Assembly: GCA_963708025.1 (NCBI GenBank) | Contig: CAVPSB010000014.1 | Span: 448,001 to 512,000 of the forward strand | Direction: 5' to 3' | Length of the DNA: 64,000 nucleotides | Origin: an uncultured Candidatus Rokubacteria bacterium | GTDB lineage: Bacteria; Methylomirabilota; Methylomirabilia; Rokubacteriales; DASRDR01 | Part shown: positions 1 through 9,461 of the stretch, piece by piece | Numbering within the stretch: the first letter of the stretch is position 1 | How the letters are laid out: each line of letters opens with the position of its first letter | Notes under the pieces: model-generated | The model's database searches: none | Told to the model about the DNA's origin: nothing | Seen by the model: only the letters and a program-made list of their open reading frames with translations | Translations under genes and position numbers: made by a program

Positions 1-515
1 AGCTCGGCCAGCTCTCGACGCAGCTCCGCGTACCGGCGGGCGTGCTGATCTTCGATCTCGACCAGCCGCGCCCGGAACACCTCGGCCGGGTCGGGTCCGG
101 AGGCCCCGGTCGGGCGGGTCGCGCCACCGTGCACGTCGGTCACGACGACGTAGAGCTCGGCGCTCGGGGCGGGGTGGGGCAGGGGCGCCAGGAGAACCGG
201 CCGCCTTCCGACGAGGGTTCCGGACACCACCGTGCGGGTCTCGGACTGAACGGCGCCGGCCAGGCCCGCGATGGTCGCCTCGGCCGTGTCCGGCTCCAGC
301 AGGCTCCGGAGCGAGTGGCCGACCACCTCTCGGGGAGGGCGCCCCACCAAACGCTCCAGCCCGCCGGTCGCTGACCGGATGACCCAGCCGGCGTCCATGC
401 CGATGAGCGCCCCGATGTGGTCCAGCGCCAGCGCCGCGACCGCGGAGGCGCCGGAAGGGCGGTGGGGCCGGCCGGCCCGCGGCCGGCGCGGCTGCAGGTC
501 CCCTTCGCTTCTCAC
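1..515 (-). CDS. Partial CDS running off the window start; PAS-like N-terminal segment followed by a coiled coil (possible sensor protein)
   Basis: GTG at 515 preceded by AGGAGG; open frame to base 1: ...LIGMDAGWVIRSATGGLERLVGRPPREVVGHSLRSLL...EDQHARRYAELRRELAE. Absent from the ORF track because there is no stop in the window. Confidence 0.5.
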   Translation of the reverse strand, partial: MRSEGDLQPRRPRAGRPHRPSGASAVAALALDHIGALIGMDAGWVIRSATGGLERLVGRPPREVVGHSLRSLLEPDTAEATIAGLAGAVQSETRTVVSGTLVGRRPVLLAPLPHPAPSAELYVVVTDVHGGATRPTGASGPDPAEVFRARLVEIEDQHARRYAELRRELAE

Positions 516-830
516 GTCCCCTCCTGCCCCCTCTCAGGTCGCCCGAAGGCCCAGCAAGCCCGGTACCAGCGTGATCGAAGAAGAGCCATAGCCGGCTCTT
601 GCTCGATTTTCCGGTCACTTCCACGCCAGGAGCTCAGGTCAGAGCACGGGGTGCGAGCCCGGCTCCGGCCACAGTGTCCGCGGGCGGTGCAGCAATGTCC
701 CCGCGGTGACGCCAGGGTGCCGGACCCGGGAGGGTCTCGAAGCCGCGTGCTATCCTGACACAGCCGGGAACTTCAGACGGAAGCGCGTCACCCGTGGGCC
801 GGGCGGCGTCCTCTTCCAGGGAGGGTCCGC

Positions 831-1685
831 ATGAGCCAGTCCCGTGACGCGGCCGCGGAGGCGCTGCCCGGGCACCGCGTCCGGGCGCGGAACCTCTCGC
901 GCTACTCGGCCAACAAGATCCACGACGACGCAACCGCCCGCACCTACGGCTACGCGGGCGGCCTGGTGGCGGGAACCACGGTGTACGCGTACATGACCGC
1001 GCCCCTCGTGACGGCGTGGGGGCTCGACTGGCTCGCCCGCGGGACGGGGCGGCTCACCCTCGTCCAGCCCGTCTACGACGGCGACGAGCTGATGGTGGAG
1101 GCCCGGGTCGTGGGCCGCTCCGGGGCCGAGCCGGCTGGCGAGGTCGTCGCCGAGGTGACGGCGCGCACCCCCCGCGGCGTCGCCGCCACCCTCGTCGCCG
1201 GGCTCGGGTGGGGCGGGCCGCCAGTCACGCCGGATCCGCGCGGCTATCCGGCATCTCCCCTGCCGGACACGCGGCCGCTGGCCAGCGCGGTGACCCTGGG
1301 CGGGCGGGACCCGCTGGGGTCCCCGGCCCTCCACCTCGACGAGGCGGAGACGACCGGCTACGCGGCGGAGGTCGAGGACCCGCTGGCGTTCTACCGTGGC
1401 GCGGAGGCCGTGGCCCATCCCGGTCAGCTCCTCCAGCAGGCGAACCGGGCCCTCTCGGAGAACGTGACGCTCGGCCCCTGGGTCCACGCCGGGAGCCAGG
1501 TCGCCCACTGCGGGCTGGCCCGGGCCGGGGATCGACTGACGACGCGTGGCCGGGTGGCGCGGGTCTTCGAGAAGAAGGGTCACGAGTTCGTCGAGCTCGA
1601 CCTCCTGGTCGTCGCCGACGAGGCGCGGCCGGTGATGCTGGTCCGCCACCTCGCGATCTGGCGTCCTCGGCCTGCCGGGTCGTGA
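831..1685 (+). CDS. MaoC-like double hot-dog fold protein (dehydratase/thioesterase family)
   Basis: AGGAGG RBS; NKIHDDATARTYGYAGGLVAG motif; second hot-dog half ending VFEKKGHEFVELDLLV. Confidence 0.7.
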   Translation: MSQSRDAAAEALPGHRVRARNLSRYSANKIHDDATARTYGYAGGLVAGTTVYAYMTAPLVTAWGLDWLARGTGRLTLVQPVYDGDELMVEARVVGRSGAEPAGEVVAEVTARTPRGVAATLVAGLGWGGPPVTPDPRGYPASPLPDTRPLASAVTLGGRDPLGSPALHLDEAETTGYAAEVEDPLAFYRGAEAVAHPGQLLQQANRALSENVTLGPWVHAGSQVAHCGLARAGDRLTTRGRVARVFEKKGHEFVELDLLVVADEARPVMLVRHLAIWRPRPAGS

Positions 1686-1883
1686 CGTCGACGGCCGGGT
1701 CGTCACGCCTCGGTGCGGGAGTCGTGCGCGCCTCGACTCTTCCTGATGCCACCAGGCGAACCCCCTAGTGGCCTTGCGCAGCTTGGGGGGCGGGACGCGC
1801 CGCTGACGCGGCGTTCCGTGTTATCCTGAGCCCACTCACGCTGTGTAGTCACCGCACTCCAATCCGCGACCCCGGAGGTCCCC

Positions 1884-3287
1884 ATGCAGACTCGCCGAGA
1901 GTTCATTCTCAAGAGTGGCACCCTCGCCGCCGCCGCCGCCACCGGCCCGACGATCCTCGTCCGGCGGGCCAGCGCGGCGGGACAGCTCAAGATCCTCCAG
2001 TGGAGCCACTTCGTGCCGGCTTACGACAAGTGGTTCGACCCCTGGGCGAAGGAGTGGGGCCAGAAGAAGGGGATCGAGGTCACGGTAGACCATGTCTCGT
2101 TCGCCGACATCGTGCCGCGGGCGACCGCCGACGTGGCGGCTCAAGCGGGCCACGACATCCACATGTTCCTCGGGCTGGCCAGCGCCTTCGAGGAGCACGT
2201 CATCGATCTCGCCGACGTCCAGAGCACGCTCGAGAAGAAGTACGGCGCTCCGGTCGAGCTGGCCAAGCGGAGCACCTACAATCCGTTCAGCAAGAAGCAG
2301 TTCGCGCTCTCCGACATGTGGGTGCCCGACCCCGGTAACTACTACAAGTCGGTGTGGACGGCGATCGGGATGCCGAACGGCCCGGCGAGCTGGGAGGACC
2401 TGGTCAAGGCGGCACCCGAGATCAAGAAGAAGCACCCCGAGATCCAGATTCCGATCGGCATCGGCCTCTCCCAGGACATCGACTCCAACATGGCCGTCCG
2501 CAACATCCTCTGGTGCCACGGCGGGTCGATCCAGGACAAGGATGGCAACGTCGTCCTGAACTCGCCCGAAACGCTCCAGGCGCTGGAGTACGCCAAGCGC
2601 CTCTACCAGGTGGGCATGACCCAGGCGGTGCTGAGCTGGAACGCCGCGTCCAACAACCAGGCATTCAACGCCAAGCAGACCGCGTACATCCTCAACTCCA
2701 TCTCGGCCTACCGGACCGCACAGGACAACAAGCTGCCGGTCGTGGAGGACACGCATTTCGTGCCCGCGCTGAAGGGCCCCAGCGGGATCCAGCTGGCCTC
2801 CGAGCACGTCATGAGCGGCTACGTGGTGTGGAAGTTTTCGAAGAACCAGGACGCGGCCAAGGAGTTCCTGGTCGCGCTGGTGGACGCCTCCCGCGAGTCC
2901 ACCCTCGGCAGCAAGCTCTACAACTTCCCCTCGTTCTACGGAGCGGCGGCCGAGCCGAACGCCCCGATGAACAAGAAGGTGGAGTCGGGGGCGGCCTGGA
3001 TCAGCCAGCAGGTGAAGAAGGATCCGTTCGGCTCGGCCCCGCCCGACAAGCTGGCGGTGCTGGAGACCGCGCTCAAGTGGTCGACGAACCTGGGCTACCC
3101 GGGGAGCGGTCACCCGGCCGAGGGGGAGATCTTCGACACGTACGTGCTCACCGACATGTTCGCCAAGGCGGCCACCGGGGCGCTCTCGCCCAAGGACGCG
3201 CTGGTGGAGGCGAACACGCGCGCGAAGGAGATCTTCACCAAGTGGCGGAAAAAGGGCTTCGTGGGCGGCGGCGCCAAGGACAAGTAG
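1884..3287 (+). CDS. Carbohydrate-type ABC transporter substrate-binding protein, Tat-exported
   Basis: TRREFI twin-arginine signal; LKILQWSHFVPAYD motif; adjacent permeases. Confidence 0.88.
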   Translation: MQTRREFILKSGTLAAAAATGPTILVRRASAAGQLKILQWSHFVPAYDKWFDPWAKEWGQKKGIEVTVDHVSFADIVPRATADVAAQAGHDIHMFLGLASAFEEHVIDLADVQSTLEKKYGAPVELAKRSTYNPFSKKQFALSDMWVPDPGNYYKSVWTAIGMPNGPASWEDLVKAAPEIKKKHPEIQIPIGIGLSQDIDSNMAVRNILWCHGGSIQDKDGNVVLNSPETLQALEYAKRLYQVGMTQAVLSWNAASNNQAFNAKQTAYILNSISAYRTAQDNKLPVVEDTHFVPALKGPSGIQLASEHVMSGYVVWKFSKNQDAAKEFLVALVDASRESTLGSKLYNFPSFYGAAAEPNAPMNKKVESGAAWISQQVKKDPFGSAPPDKLAVLETALKWSTNLGYPGSGHPAEGEIFDTYVLTDMFAKAATGALSPKDALVEANTRAKEIFTKWRKKGFVGGGAKDK

Positions 3288-3289
3288 CC

Positions 3290-3348
3290 GGACCCCGATC
3301 GCGTATGGGGTCCAAGCCGGCAGGGAGACGACGCTCCCTGCCGGCTTG
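3290..3348 (+). terminator. Tandem intergenic hairpins after the SBP gene (mRNA stabiliser/attenuator)
   Basis: GACCCC..GGGGTC and CAAGCCGGCAGGGAG-acgacg-CTCCCTGCCGGCTTG inverted repeats. Confidence 0.5.
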
Positions 3349-3380
3349 GCACTGACCCGGAGGGGTTGGTAGCGCGAGTC

Positions 3381-4316
3381 ATGGACAAGGCGGTGGCGGT
3401 GACGATCCCGATGCGTTCGAAGCCGCTGGAAGGGCTCCGGCGACGGGACCGGGCGCTGGGCATCGCCATGATCGCCCCGGCGTTGACCTACATCGCGTTG
3501 CTGGTGGCGGCGCCCTTTCTGCTGGCGGTCATTCTCAGCGTGAGCAACTCCTCGGCCGGCAGCCTCGACATCTCGTTCGTGGGCCTCCAGAACTTCCGGA
3601 GCGTCATCGGCAACCCGGTCTTCCTCCGGTCGCTCCGCAATACCTTCGTCTTCACGCTGGTCTCGCAGGTGGCGGTGATCGTTCTTGGCAATATCCTGGC
3701 CCGAGCCCTGATGAAGCAGTTTCTCGGGAAGACCCTCGTCCGATTCCTCATCCTCATGCCATGGGCGGCGCCGATCTCCCTGGCTACGCTCGGCTGGCTC
3801 TGGATCTTCGACTCCACCTTCAGCGTCATCAACTGGCTGCTGAAGGTCGCCGGCTATTTCGGTCCCGGCGAATGGTACTACTGGCTCGGCGACCCGACGC
3901 TGGGCATGCTGGCCATCATCACTGTCCACGTGTGGCGGATGCTCCCCTTCTCGACGGTGATCCTCCTGGCCGGGCTGAGCTCGATCCCCGCCGAAGTGCA
4001 CGAGGCGGCCGACATCGACGGAGCCGGCCCGCTCGCCAAGGCGCTCCAGGTTACCCTGCCGATGATGCTCCCGATCCTCACGGTGGCCTTGCTGTTCGGG
4101 GTCGTGTTCACCTTCACCGACATGAGCGTCGTCTACCTCCTGACCCGCGGGGGCCCGTACAACTCGACTCACGTGCTGGCGAGCCTGGCGTTCCAGGAGG
4201 GCGTCCTCGGGGGCGACGTCGGGCGGGGCGCCTCCATCGCGATCTTCCTCCTGCCGCTGCTCGTGGTCATGGCGGTGCTGACGCTGCGGGTCTCCCGTCG
4301 CGCGGAGGTGGTGTGA
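3381..4316 (+). CDS. Carbohydrate ABC transporter permease (MalF/UgpA-like)
   Basis: Multiple TM helices; EAA loop EVHEAADIDGAG. Confidence 0.9.
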   Translation: MDKAVAVTIPMRSKPLEGLRRRDRALGIAMIAPALTYIALLVAAPFLLAVILSVSNSSAGSLDISFVGLQNFRSVIGNPVFLRSLRNTFVFTLVSQVAVIVLGNILARALMKQFLGKTLVRFLILMPWAAPISLATLGWLWIFDSTFSVINWLLKVAGYFGPGEWYYWLGDPTLGMLAIITVHVWRMLPFSTVILLAGLSSIPAEVHEAADIDGAGPLAKALQVTLPMMLPILTVALLFGVVFTFTDMSVVYLLTRGGPYNSTHVLASLAFQEGVLGGDVGRGASIAIFLLPLLVVMAVLTLRVSRRAEVV

Positions 4317-4388
4317 GAGCGGGCCAGGGTTCGATGGATGCCGGGCGCAGACGAGCGGCGATTCCGCGCAGCCGGAAGGTGACCTGAC

Positions 4389-5249
4389 ATGCGGCGGTCG
4401 GGGCTGCGGCGGGCGGCGTTGGTCGTCGGGCATCGCGCGATCATCCTCTTGTTCACGCTCTTCGCGATCTTCCCTTTCTACTGGATGGTCATCACCGCCT
4501 TCAAGCAGAACGCCGACCTCTACGTCGGGGCCACCGATGTCACCCACAATCCGTTCATCTTCAACTTGGCCCCGACCCTCGACCACCTCCGCATCCTGTT
4601 CGGCGCTACCCTCTACCCGACCTGGTTGTTCAACACCCTCCTCGTCGGCGTCGTGGTGGTCGCGATCACGCTCCTGCTGGGGGTGCCGGCCGGCTACAGC
4701 CTGGCCCGCCTGACCGGGGCGTGGGGGGAGCGGTTGAGCATCGGGATCTTCCTCACCTACCTGGTGCCGTCCACTCTCCTGTTCATCCCGTTCTCGCGGC
4801 TGATCGCCCTGCTCGGGCTCCAGAACAGCACCTGGTCGCTGGTCCTGATCTATCCGACGTTTACGGTCCCGTTCTGCACCTGGCTCCTGATGGGCTTCTT
4901 CAAGTCGCTACCCAAGGAGGTCGAGGAGTCGGCCATGGTCGACGGCTGCAGCCGCCTCGGGGCCATCCGGCGCATGGTCTTGCCGCTTTCGCTGCCCGGC
5001 ATCCTGACTGCCGTCATCTTCGCCCTGACGCTCGTGATCCAGGAGTTCGTCTATAGCCTGACCTTCATCTCCTCGGTCGAGAAGATGACGGTCAGCGTGG
5101 GGGTGCCGGTGGCGCTGATCCGTGGCGACGTCTACTACTGGGGTTCTCTCATGGCCGCGTGCCTGATCACCAGCGTGCCGATCGCTATTATCTACAACCT
5201 CTTCCTCGACCGCTTCATCGCCGGCTTCACCGTCGGGGCCATCAAGTAG
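4389..5249 (+). CDS. Carbohydrate ABC transporter permease (MalG/UgpE-like)
   Basis: EAA loop EVEESAMVDGCS; C-terminal FIAGFTVGAIK. Confidence 0.9.
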   Translation: MRRSGLRRAALVVGHRAIILLFTLFAIFPFYWMVITAFKQNADLYVGATDVTHNPFIFNLAPTLDHLRILFGATLYPTWLFNTLLVGVVVVAITLLLGVPAGYSLARLTGAWGERLSIGIFLTYLVPSTLLFIPFSRLIALLGLQNSTWSLVLIYPTFTVPFCTWLLMGFFKSLPKEVEESAMVDGCSRLGAIRRMVLPLSLPGILTAVIFALTLVIQEFVYSLTFISSVEKMTVSVGVPVALIRGDVYYWGSLMAACLITSVPIAIIYNLFLDRFIAGFTVGAIK

Positions 5250-6590
5250 ATGGGCCGATCGCGCCGGCCACGGGCGGGAAGCGATGGAGTCGTGACGCGG
5301 CGCCAGATCCTGGCCGGCACCGCCGCGGCCCTCGCGGTCGGAGGCGGGCCGACGATCTGGGTGCGCCGGGCCCAGGCCCGGGCCGGCACGCTCAAGATCA
5401 GGCAGTGGACCCACTTCGTGCCCGCTTTCGACGACTGGTTCGATCGGCGGTTCACGCGGGAGTGGGGCGAGAAGAACGGCGTCAAGGTGGTGGTGGACCA
5501 CGTCTCGGTGAACGACCTGCGGGCGCGGGCCGTCGCCGAGGTCGCGGCCCAGCGGGGGCACGACCTGTTCGGCTTCCTGGAGCCACCCCCGGCCTTCGAG
5601 GACGAAGTGGTTCCGATGAACGACGTCGTGACCGAGTGCGAGAGGAGATTCGGCAAGCTGGTCAGCCTCGCCCACAAGGCCACCTACAATCCCCGGACGA
5701 AGCGGTACTTCGCGGTGTCCGACAGCTGGATGCCGGACGTCCTTCACTACCGGAAAGACTGGTGGGACGACGTCGGGGTCAAGCCGGAGACCTGGGACCA
5801 GGTCCGCGAGGGCGCCCGGAAGATCAAGGACAAGCACGGCGCCCCGGCCGGGTTCGGCCTGGCCCCGGAGGTCGACACCAACATGATGCTGCGCGGCCTG
5901 CTGTGGTCGTACGGGGCCGCCGAGCAGGACGAAGCGGGCAACGTCACGATCAACTCGAAGGCCACCGTCGAGGCGATCAGGCTGATGACGGCGATCTTCA
6001 AGGAATCCATGACGGCCGAGGTGTTCACGTGGGACCCGTCGTCCAACAACCGGTTCTTCGTCTCCGGCAAGGGGTCCGTGATCCAGAACGCCATCTCGGC
6101 CATCCGCACGGCCGAGAAGCGGGCGCCCGAGGTGGCCCGGAACACGATGCTGGCGCCGCCGCCGGCCGGTCCCCGGGCGCGGCTGGGCTCGCAGCACCTG
6201 CTCCACTGCTACGTCGTCTGGAAGTTCGCCGAGAACCAGGACATGGCCAAGAAGTTCCTCGTGGACCTGGTCGCGGCCTCCAGCGACACCTTCGCGACGA
6301 GCGAGTTCTGCAACTATCCCTCGTTCTCGAAGTCGGTGCCGGATCTCCGGGGGAAGCTCGGCGCGGACAAGCAGAACCCGCAGGCCTACCTGGTGCTGGC
6401 CGACGCCGAGAAGTGGAGTGCGTATCCGGGATACCCGGGGTACTGGACCCCGGGGATCGACGAGAGCTTCACCACATCCGTCATCCCGAACATGTTTGCC
6501 CGGGCGGCCCGGGGCGAGCAGACTCCCGAGGACTCGGCGAAGCAGGCCGAGGCCGAGATGAGGCGCATCTTTGCCAGGTGGACCAGGTAG
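5250..6590 (+). CDS. Second Tat-exported carbohydrate ABC substrate-binding protein (paralog of 1884-3287)
   Basis: TRRQIL signal; LKIRQWTHFVPAFD and DHVS motifs shared with the first SBP. Confidence 0.85.
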   Translation: MGRSRRPRAGSDGVVTRRQILAGTAAALAVGGGPTIWVRRAQARAGTLKIRQWTHFVPAFDDWFDRRFTREWGEKNGVKVVVDHVSVNDLRARAVAEVAAQRGHDLFGFLEPPPAFEDEVVPMNDVVTECERRFGKLVSLAHKATYNPRTKRYFAVSDSWMPDVLHYRKDWWDDVGVKPETWDQVREGARKIKDKHGAPAGFGLAPEVDTNMMLRGLLWSYGAAEQDEAGNVTINSKATVEAIRLMTAIFKESMTAEVFTWDPSSNNRFFVSGKGSVIQNAISAIRTAEKRAPEVARNTMLAPPPAGPRARLGSQHLLHCYVVWKFAENQDMAKKFLVDLVAASSDTFATSEFCNYPSFSKSVPDLRGKLGADKQNPQAYLVLADAEKWSAYPGYPGYWTPGIDESFTTSVIPNMFARAARGEQTPEDSAKQAEAEMRRIFARWTR

Positions 6591-6645
6591 ACCGGTCGGG
6601 CCCGTCCTCGTTGACACACCCGATCGCGGCGGGCTAAATAGCTCC

Positions 6646-7686
6646 GTGCTCTTGACCACGATCGCCGGCAGCCTGCCGAAGCCGGCCTGGCTCGCCACGC
6701 CCGAGACGCTGTGGGCGCCCTGGCGGCTGCCGGCGGAGACGCTGGAGGAAGGGAAGCGCGACGCGGTCCGCCTGGCGCTGACCGCCCAGGAGCGGGCGGG
6801 CATCGACGTGGTCACCGATGGCGAGCAGACGCGCCGTCATTTCGTCCACACGTTCGTCGAGGGGCTGGAAGGGATCGATGCCGCCCGCCGGGTGGTGGTG
6901 GGCATCCGGGCCGACCGCTACCGGGCGGAGGTCCCGACGGTGACGGGCCCCATCCGGAGAGCTCGGTCGATCCACGCCGAGGAAGTTCGCTGGGCTCGCG
7001 CGAGCACGGACCGGCCGATCCGGTTCACGCTGCCCGGTCCGATGACCGTCGCCGACACCGTCCACGACGGCCACTACCGCGACCGGGCCCGGCTGGCGAT
7101 GGACGTGGCGGTCGCCCTCAACGCGGAAGCCCGGGAACTGGCCGGGCTCGGCGTCGCCGTCATCCAGCTCGACGAGCCTGCGTTCAACGTCGACGCGTAC
7201 CTGCCCGAGGTCGAGGAGTGGGGCATGGAGGCGATCCGAGTGGCGACCGCCGGGCTCGGCTGCCGGACGGCCGTGCACGTCTGCTACGGGTACGGGATCC
7301 GGGCAAACCTCGACTGGAAGGCGACCCTCGGCCGCGAGTGGCGGCAGTACGAGCGGACATTCCCGCTGTTCGCCAAGAGCTCGGTGGACGAGGTGTCGAT
7401 GGAGTGCGCGGGGTCGAGGGTCCCGCTGGAGCTGCTCGGCCTGCTCGGCGGGAAGACCGTGCTCCTGGGGGCGATCGACGTCGCCACCCAGCGGGTGGAG
7501 ACGGTTGACGAGGTGGCCGCGACGCTGCGGCGGGCACTGGCTCACGTGCGGCCCGATCGCCTCTCGGCGGGGACCAACTGCGGCCTGGCGCCGCTTCCGC
7601 GGGAGGTGGCCGCCGGCAAGCTGGAGGCGCTCGGCCGGGGCGCCGCCCTGGTCCGCGCCGAGCTGTCGATCGGGACGGGCCGATGA
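6646..7686 (+). CDS. Short cobalamin-independent methionine synthase, MesD-like (catalytic domain only)
   Basis: TTIAGSLPKPAWLA, DGEQTR, LPGPMT, QLDEPAF, HVCYGYG and TNCGLAP Zn-site motifs; GTG start at 6646 chosen from family N-terminus. Confidence 0.85.
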   Translation: MLLTTIAGSLPKPAWLATPETLWAPWRLPAETLEEGKRDAVRLALTAQERAGIDVVTDGEQTRRHFVHTFVEGLEGIDAARRVVVGIRADRYRAEVPTVTGPIRRARSIHAEEVRWARASTDRPIRFTLPGPMTVADTVHDGHYRDRARLAMDVAVALNAEARELAGLGVAVIQLDEPAFNVDAYLPEVEEWGMEAIRVATAGLGCRTAVHVCYGYGIRANLDWKATLGREWRQYERTFPLFAKSSVDEVSMECAGSRVPLELLGLLGGKTVLLGAIDVATQRVETVDEVAATLRRALAHVRPDRLSAGTNCGLAPLPREVAAGKLEALGRGAALVRAELSIGTGR

Positions 7687-8567
7687 AGCGGCTGTCGAGC
7701 GCGAAGAGCTTCTTCCACTTCGACCCGACGCACCCGCCCGCGATCCGGGTGGTGCCCGGCGAGGAGCTGCTGATCGAAGTGCAGGACGCCTTCGGCGGCG
7801 AGCGGGACATCGCCAAGGTGCCCGATCCTTTCACCGCCGAGTGGGAGGGCCACCCGACGCCGCCCGCGACCGGCCCCGTCTACATCGAGGGGGCGCAGCC
7901 GGGGCAGACGCTGGTCGTCGACATCCTCGAGATCCGCACCGCACCGGAGGGCTTCGTCGCCATCCAGCGGAACGCCGGCTTCCTCCCCGAGCGGTTCCCG
8001 AACCCCCGGATGAAGCGGGTGCCGATCAAGGACGGGGTCGCCCTCTTCGACGGCATCCGCGTTCCCCTCTACCCGAACTTCGGGACCTTCTCCACGACCC
8101 CGGCCACCGGCGGCCGGGCCGGCATCGCCGGCTTTCACGGGGGCGACCTCGACCAGAAGCCGATCGCCCCCGGGCACCGCGTTTACCTGCCGGTCTTCGT
8201 GCCGGGCGCCCTGTTCGGGCTGGGGGACCCCCACGCGGCGATCTCCGACGGGATCGCCTGCGGCACCGGCGTCGAGTGCGCCGCCACCGCGCGCCTCCGG
8301 TTCGGCATCCTCCCGCGGCCGATCGCCCGCCCCCGGATCGAGACCCCGGATGCCCTCCACATCGTCGGCTTCGGACCCGACCTGGACACCGCGGCCCGCG
8401 ACGCGATCGAGCAGGGCATCGCCTACCTGGTCGCGGAGAAGGGCATGGACGAGGAGGACGCCTACATGCTGCTCTCGCTGGTGGGCGACCTCGTCATCGG
8501 GACCTCGCCCCGGCCGATCATGGGCGTGCGGGTGGTCCTGCCCACCGCGATCCTCTCCCAGATGTAG
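7683..8567 (+). CDS. Acetamidase/formamidase family protein
   Basis: TGPVYIEGAQPGQTL, HGGDLD, GDPHAAISDG motifs; ATGA overlap with the upstream gene. Confidence 0.85.
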   Translation: MKRLSSAKSFFHFDPTHPPAIRVVPGEELLIEVQDAFGGERDIAKVPDPFTAEWEGHPTPPATGPVYIEGAQPGQTLVVDILEIRTAPEGFVAIQRNAGFLPERFPNPRMKRVPIKDGVALFDGIRVPLYPNFGTFSTTPATGGRAGIAGFHGGDLDQKPIAPGHRVYLPVFVPGALFGLGDPHAAISDGIACGTGVECAATARLRFGILPRPIARPRIETPDALHIVGFGPDLDTAARDAIEQGIAYLVAEKGMDEEDAYMLLSLVGDLVIGTSPRPIMGVRVVLPTAILSQM

Positions 8568-8650
8568 GGGTCAGGCCTTTCGATCTATACCTTCCCGTCC
8601 CGTTCGGCCGCCCGCGGGCTCAGATTGTTTAGATTGAAAGGCCTGACCCC
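8567..8650. repeat. 84-bp palindromic element (REP/REPIN- or MITE-like) with 21-bp inverted arms
   Basis: GGGGTCAGGCCTTTCGATCTA (8567-8587) vs TAGATTGAAAGGCCTGACCCC (8630-8650); one mismatch. Confidence 0.7.
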
Positions 8651-8685
8651 GTCTGTTACAACAGGGACCGGAACGCGGCGGGGCC

Positions 8686-9423
8686 ATGCGGAACATCTCG
8701 CTCCTGGTGGCGTTTTCGGGGGGGATCTTCTCCTTCCTCTCCCCGTGCGTCCTTCCCCTGTTCCCCTCCTACCTCTCCTTCATCACCGGCATGTCGCTCG
8801 ACCAGCTCCAGGACACCAGCAGTCACCGAGCGCAGCGCTGGAGGGTCATGGCGCATTCCCTCGCCTTCATCGCCGGCTTCTCGATGGTCTTCATCGGGAT
8901 GGGCGCATCCTTCAGCGCCTTCGGCCAGCTCCTCTTCGACCAGCGGGACCTGATCCGGCAGGTCGGGGGCGTTCTCATCATCGTCTTCGGCCTGTACATC
9001 GCGGGCTTCCTGCCGCTCGGATGGCTCGGCCGCTACAAGCAGGTGCAGCTCCGCTCGAAGCCGGCGGGCTTCCTCGGCTCCTGGCTGGTCGGGGTGACGT
9101 TCGCCATCGGCTGGACCCCGTGCGTGGGGCCCATCCTGGGCTCGATCCTCTCGCTGGCCGGCACCGCCGAGACCGTCTCCACCGGGATCGCGCTCCTCGG
9201 GGCCTACTCGGCGGGCCTGGCCCTGCCGTTCTTCCTCTCGTCGCTGGCGCTGGGAGGCTTCCTGGTCGCGTTCCGCCGGTTTCGCCCCTGGATTCCGGTC
9301 GTGGAGCGGGCGGCCGGCGTGCTGCTGGTGGTGGTCGGGGTCCTGGTCGCGACGAACTACTTCATCGTGCTGAACTCGTACGCCATCAGCCTCACCCCCG
9401 AGTGGCTCCTCAAGCGTCTCTAG
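8686..9423 (+). CDS. ccdA: Cytochrome c biogenesis protein CcdA (DsbD TM domain)
   Basis: SFLSPCVLPL and GWTPCVGPIL motifs. Confidence 0.92.
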   Translation: MRNISLLVAFSGGIFSFLSPCVLPLFPSYLSFITGMSLDQLQDTSSHRAQRWRVMAHSLAFIAGFSMVFIGMGASFSAFGQLLFDQRDLIRQVGGVLIIVFGLYIAGFLPLGWLGRYKQVQLRSKPAGFLGSWLVGVTFAIGWTPCVGPILGSILSLAGTAETVSTGIALLGAYSAGLALPFFLSSLALGGFLVAFRRFRPWIPVVERAAGVLLVVVGVLVATNYFIVLNSYAISLTPEWLLKRL

Positions 9424-9461
9424 AGCGTCTCTGAGGTCCTAGCCTGGTTGGACGTCCGCCC

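Noticed and set aside
1884-6590. Missing ATPase in the sugar ABC cluster as a novelty
   Set aside because: Carbohydrate ABC systems commonly share an MsmK-type ATPase encoded elsewhere.
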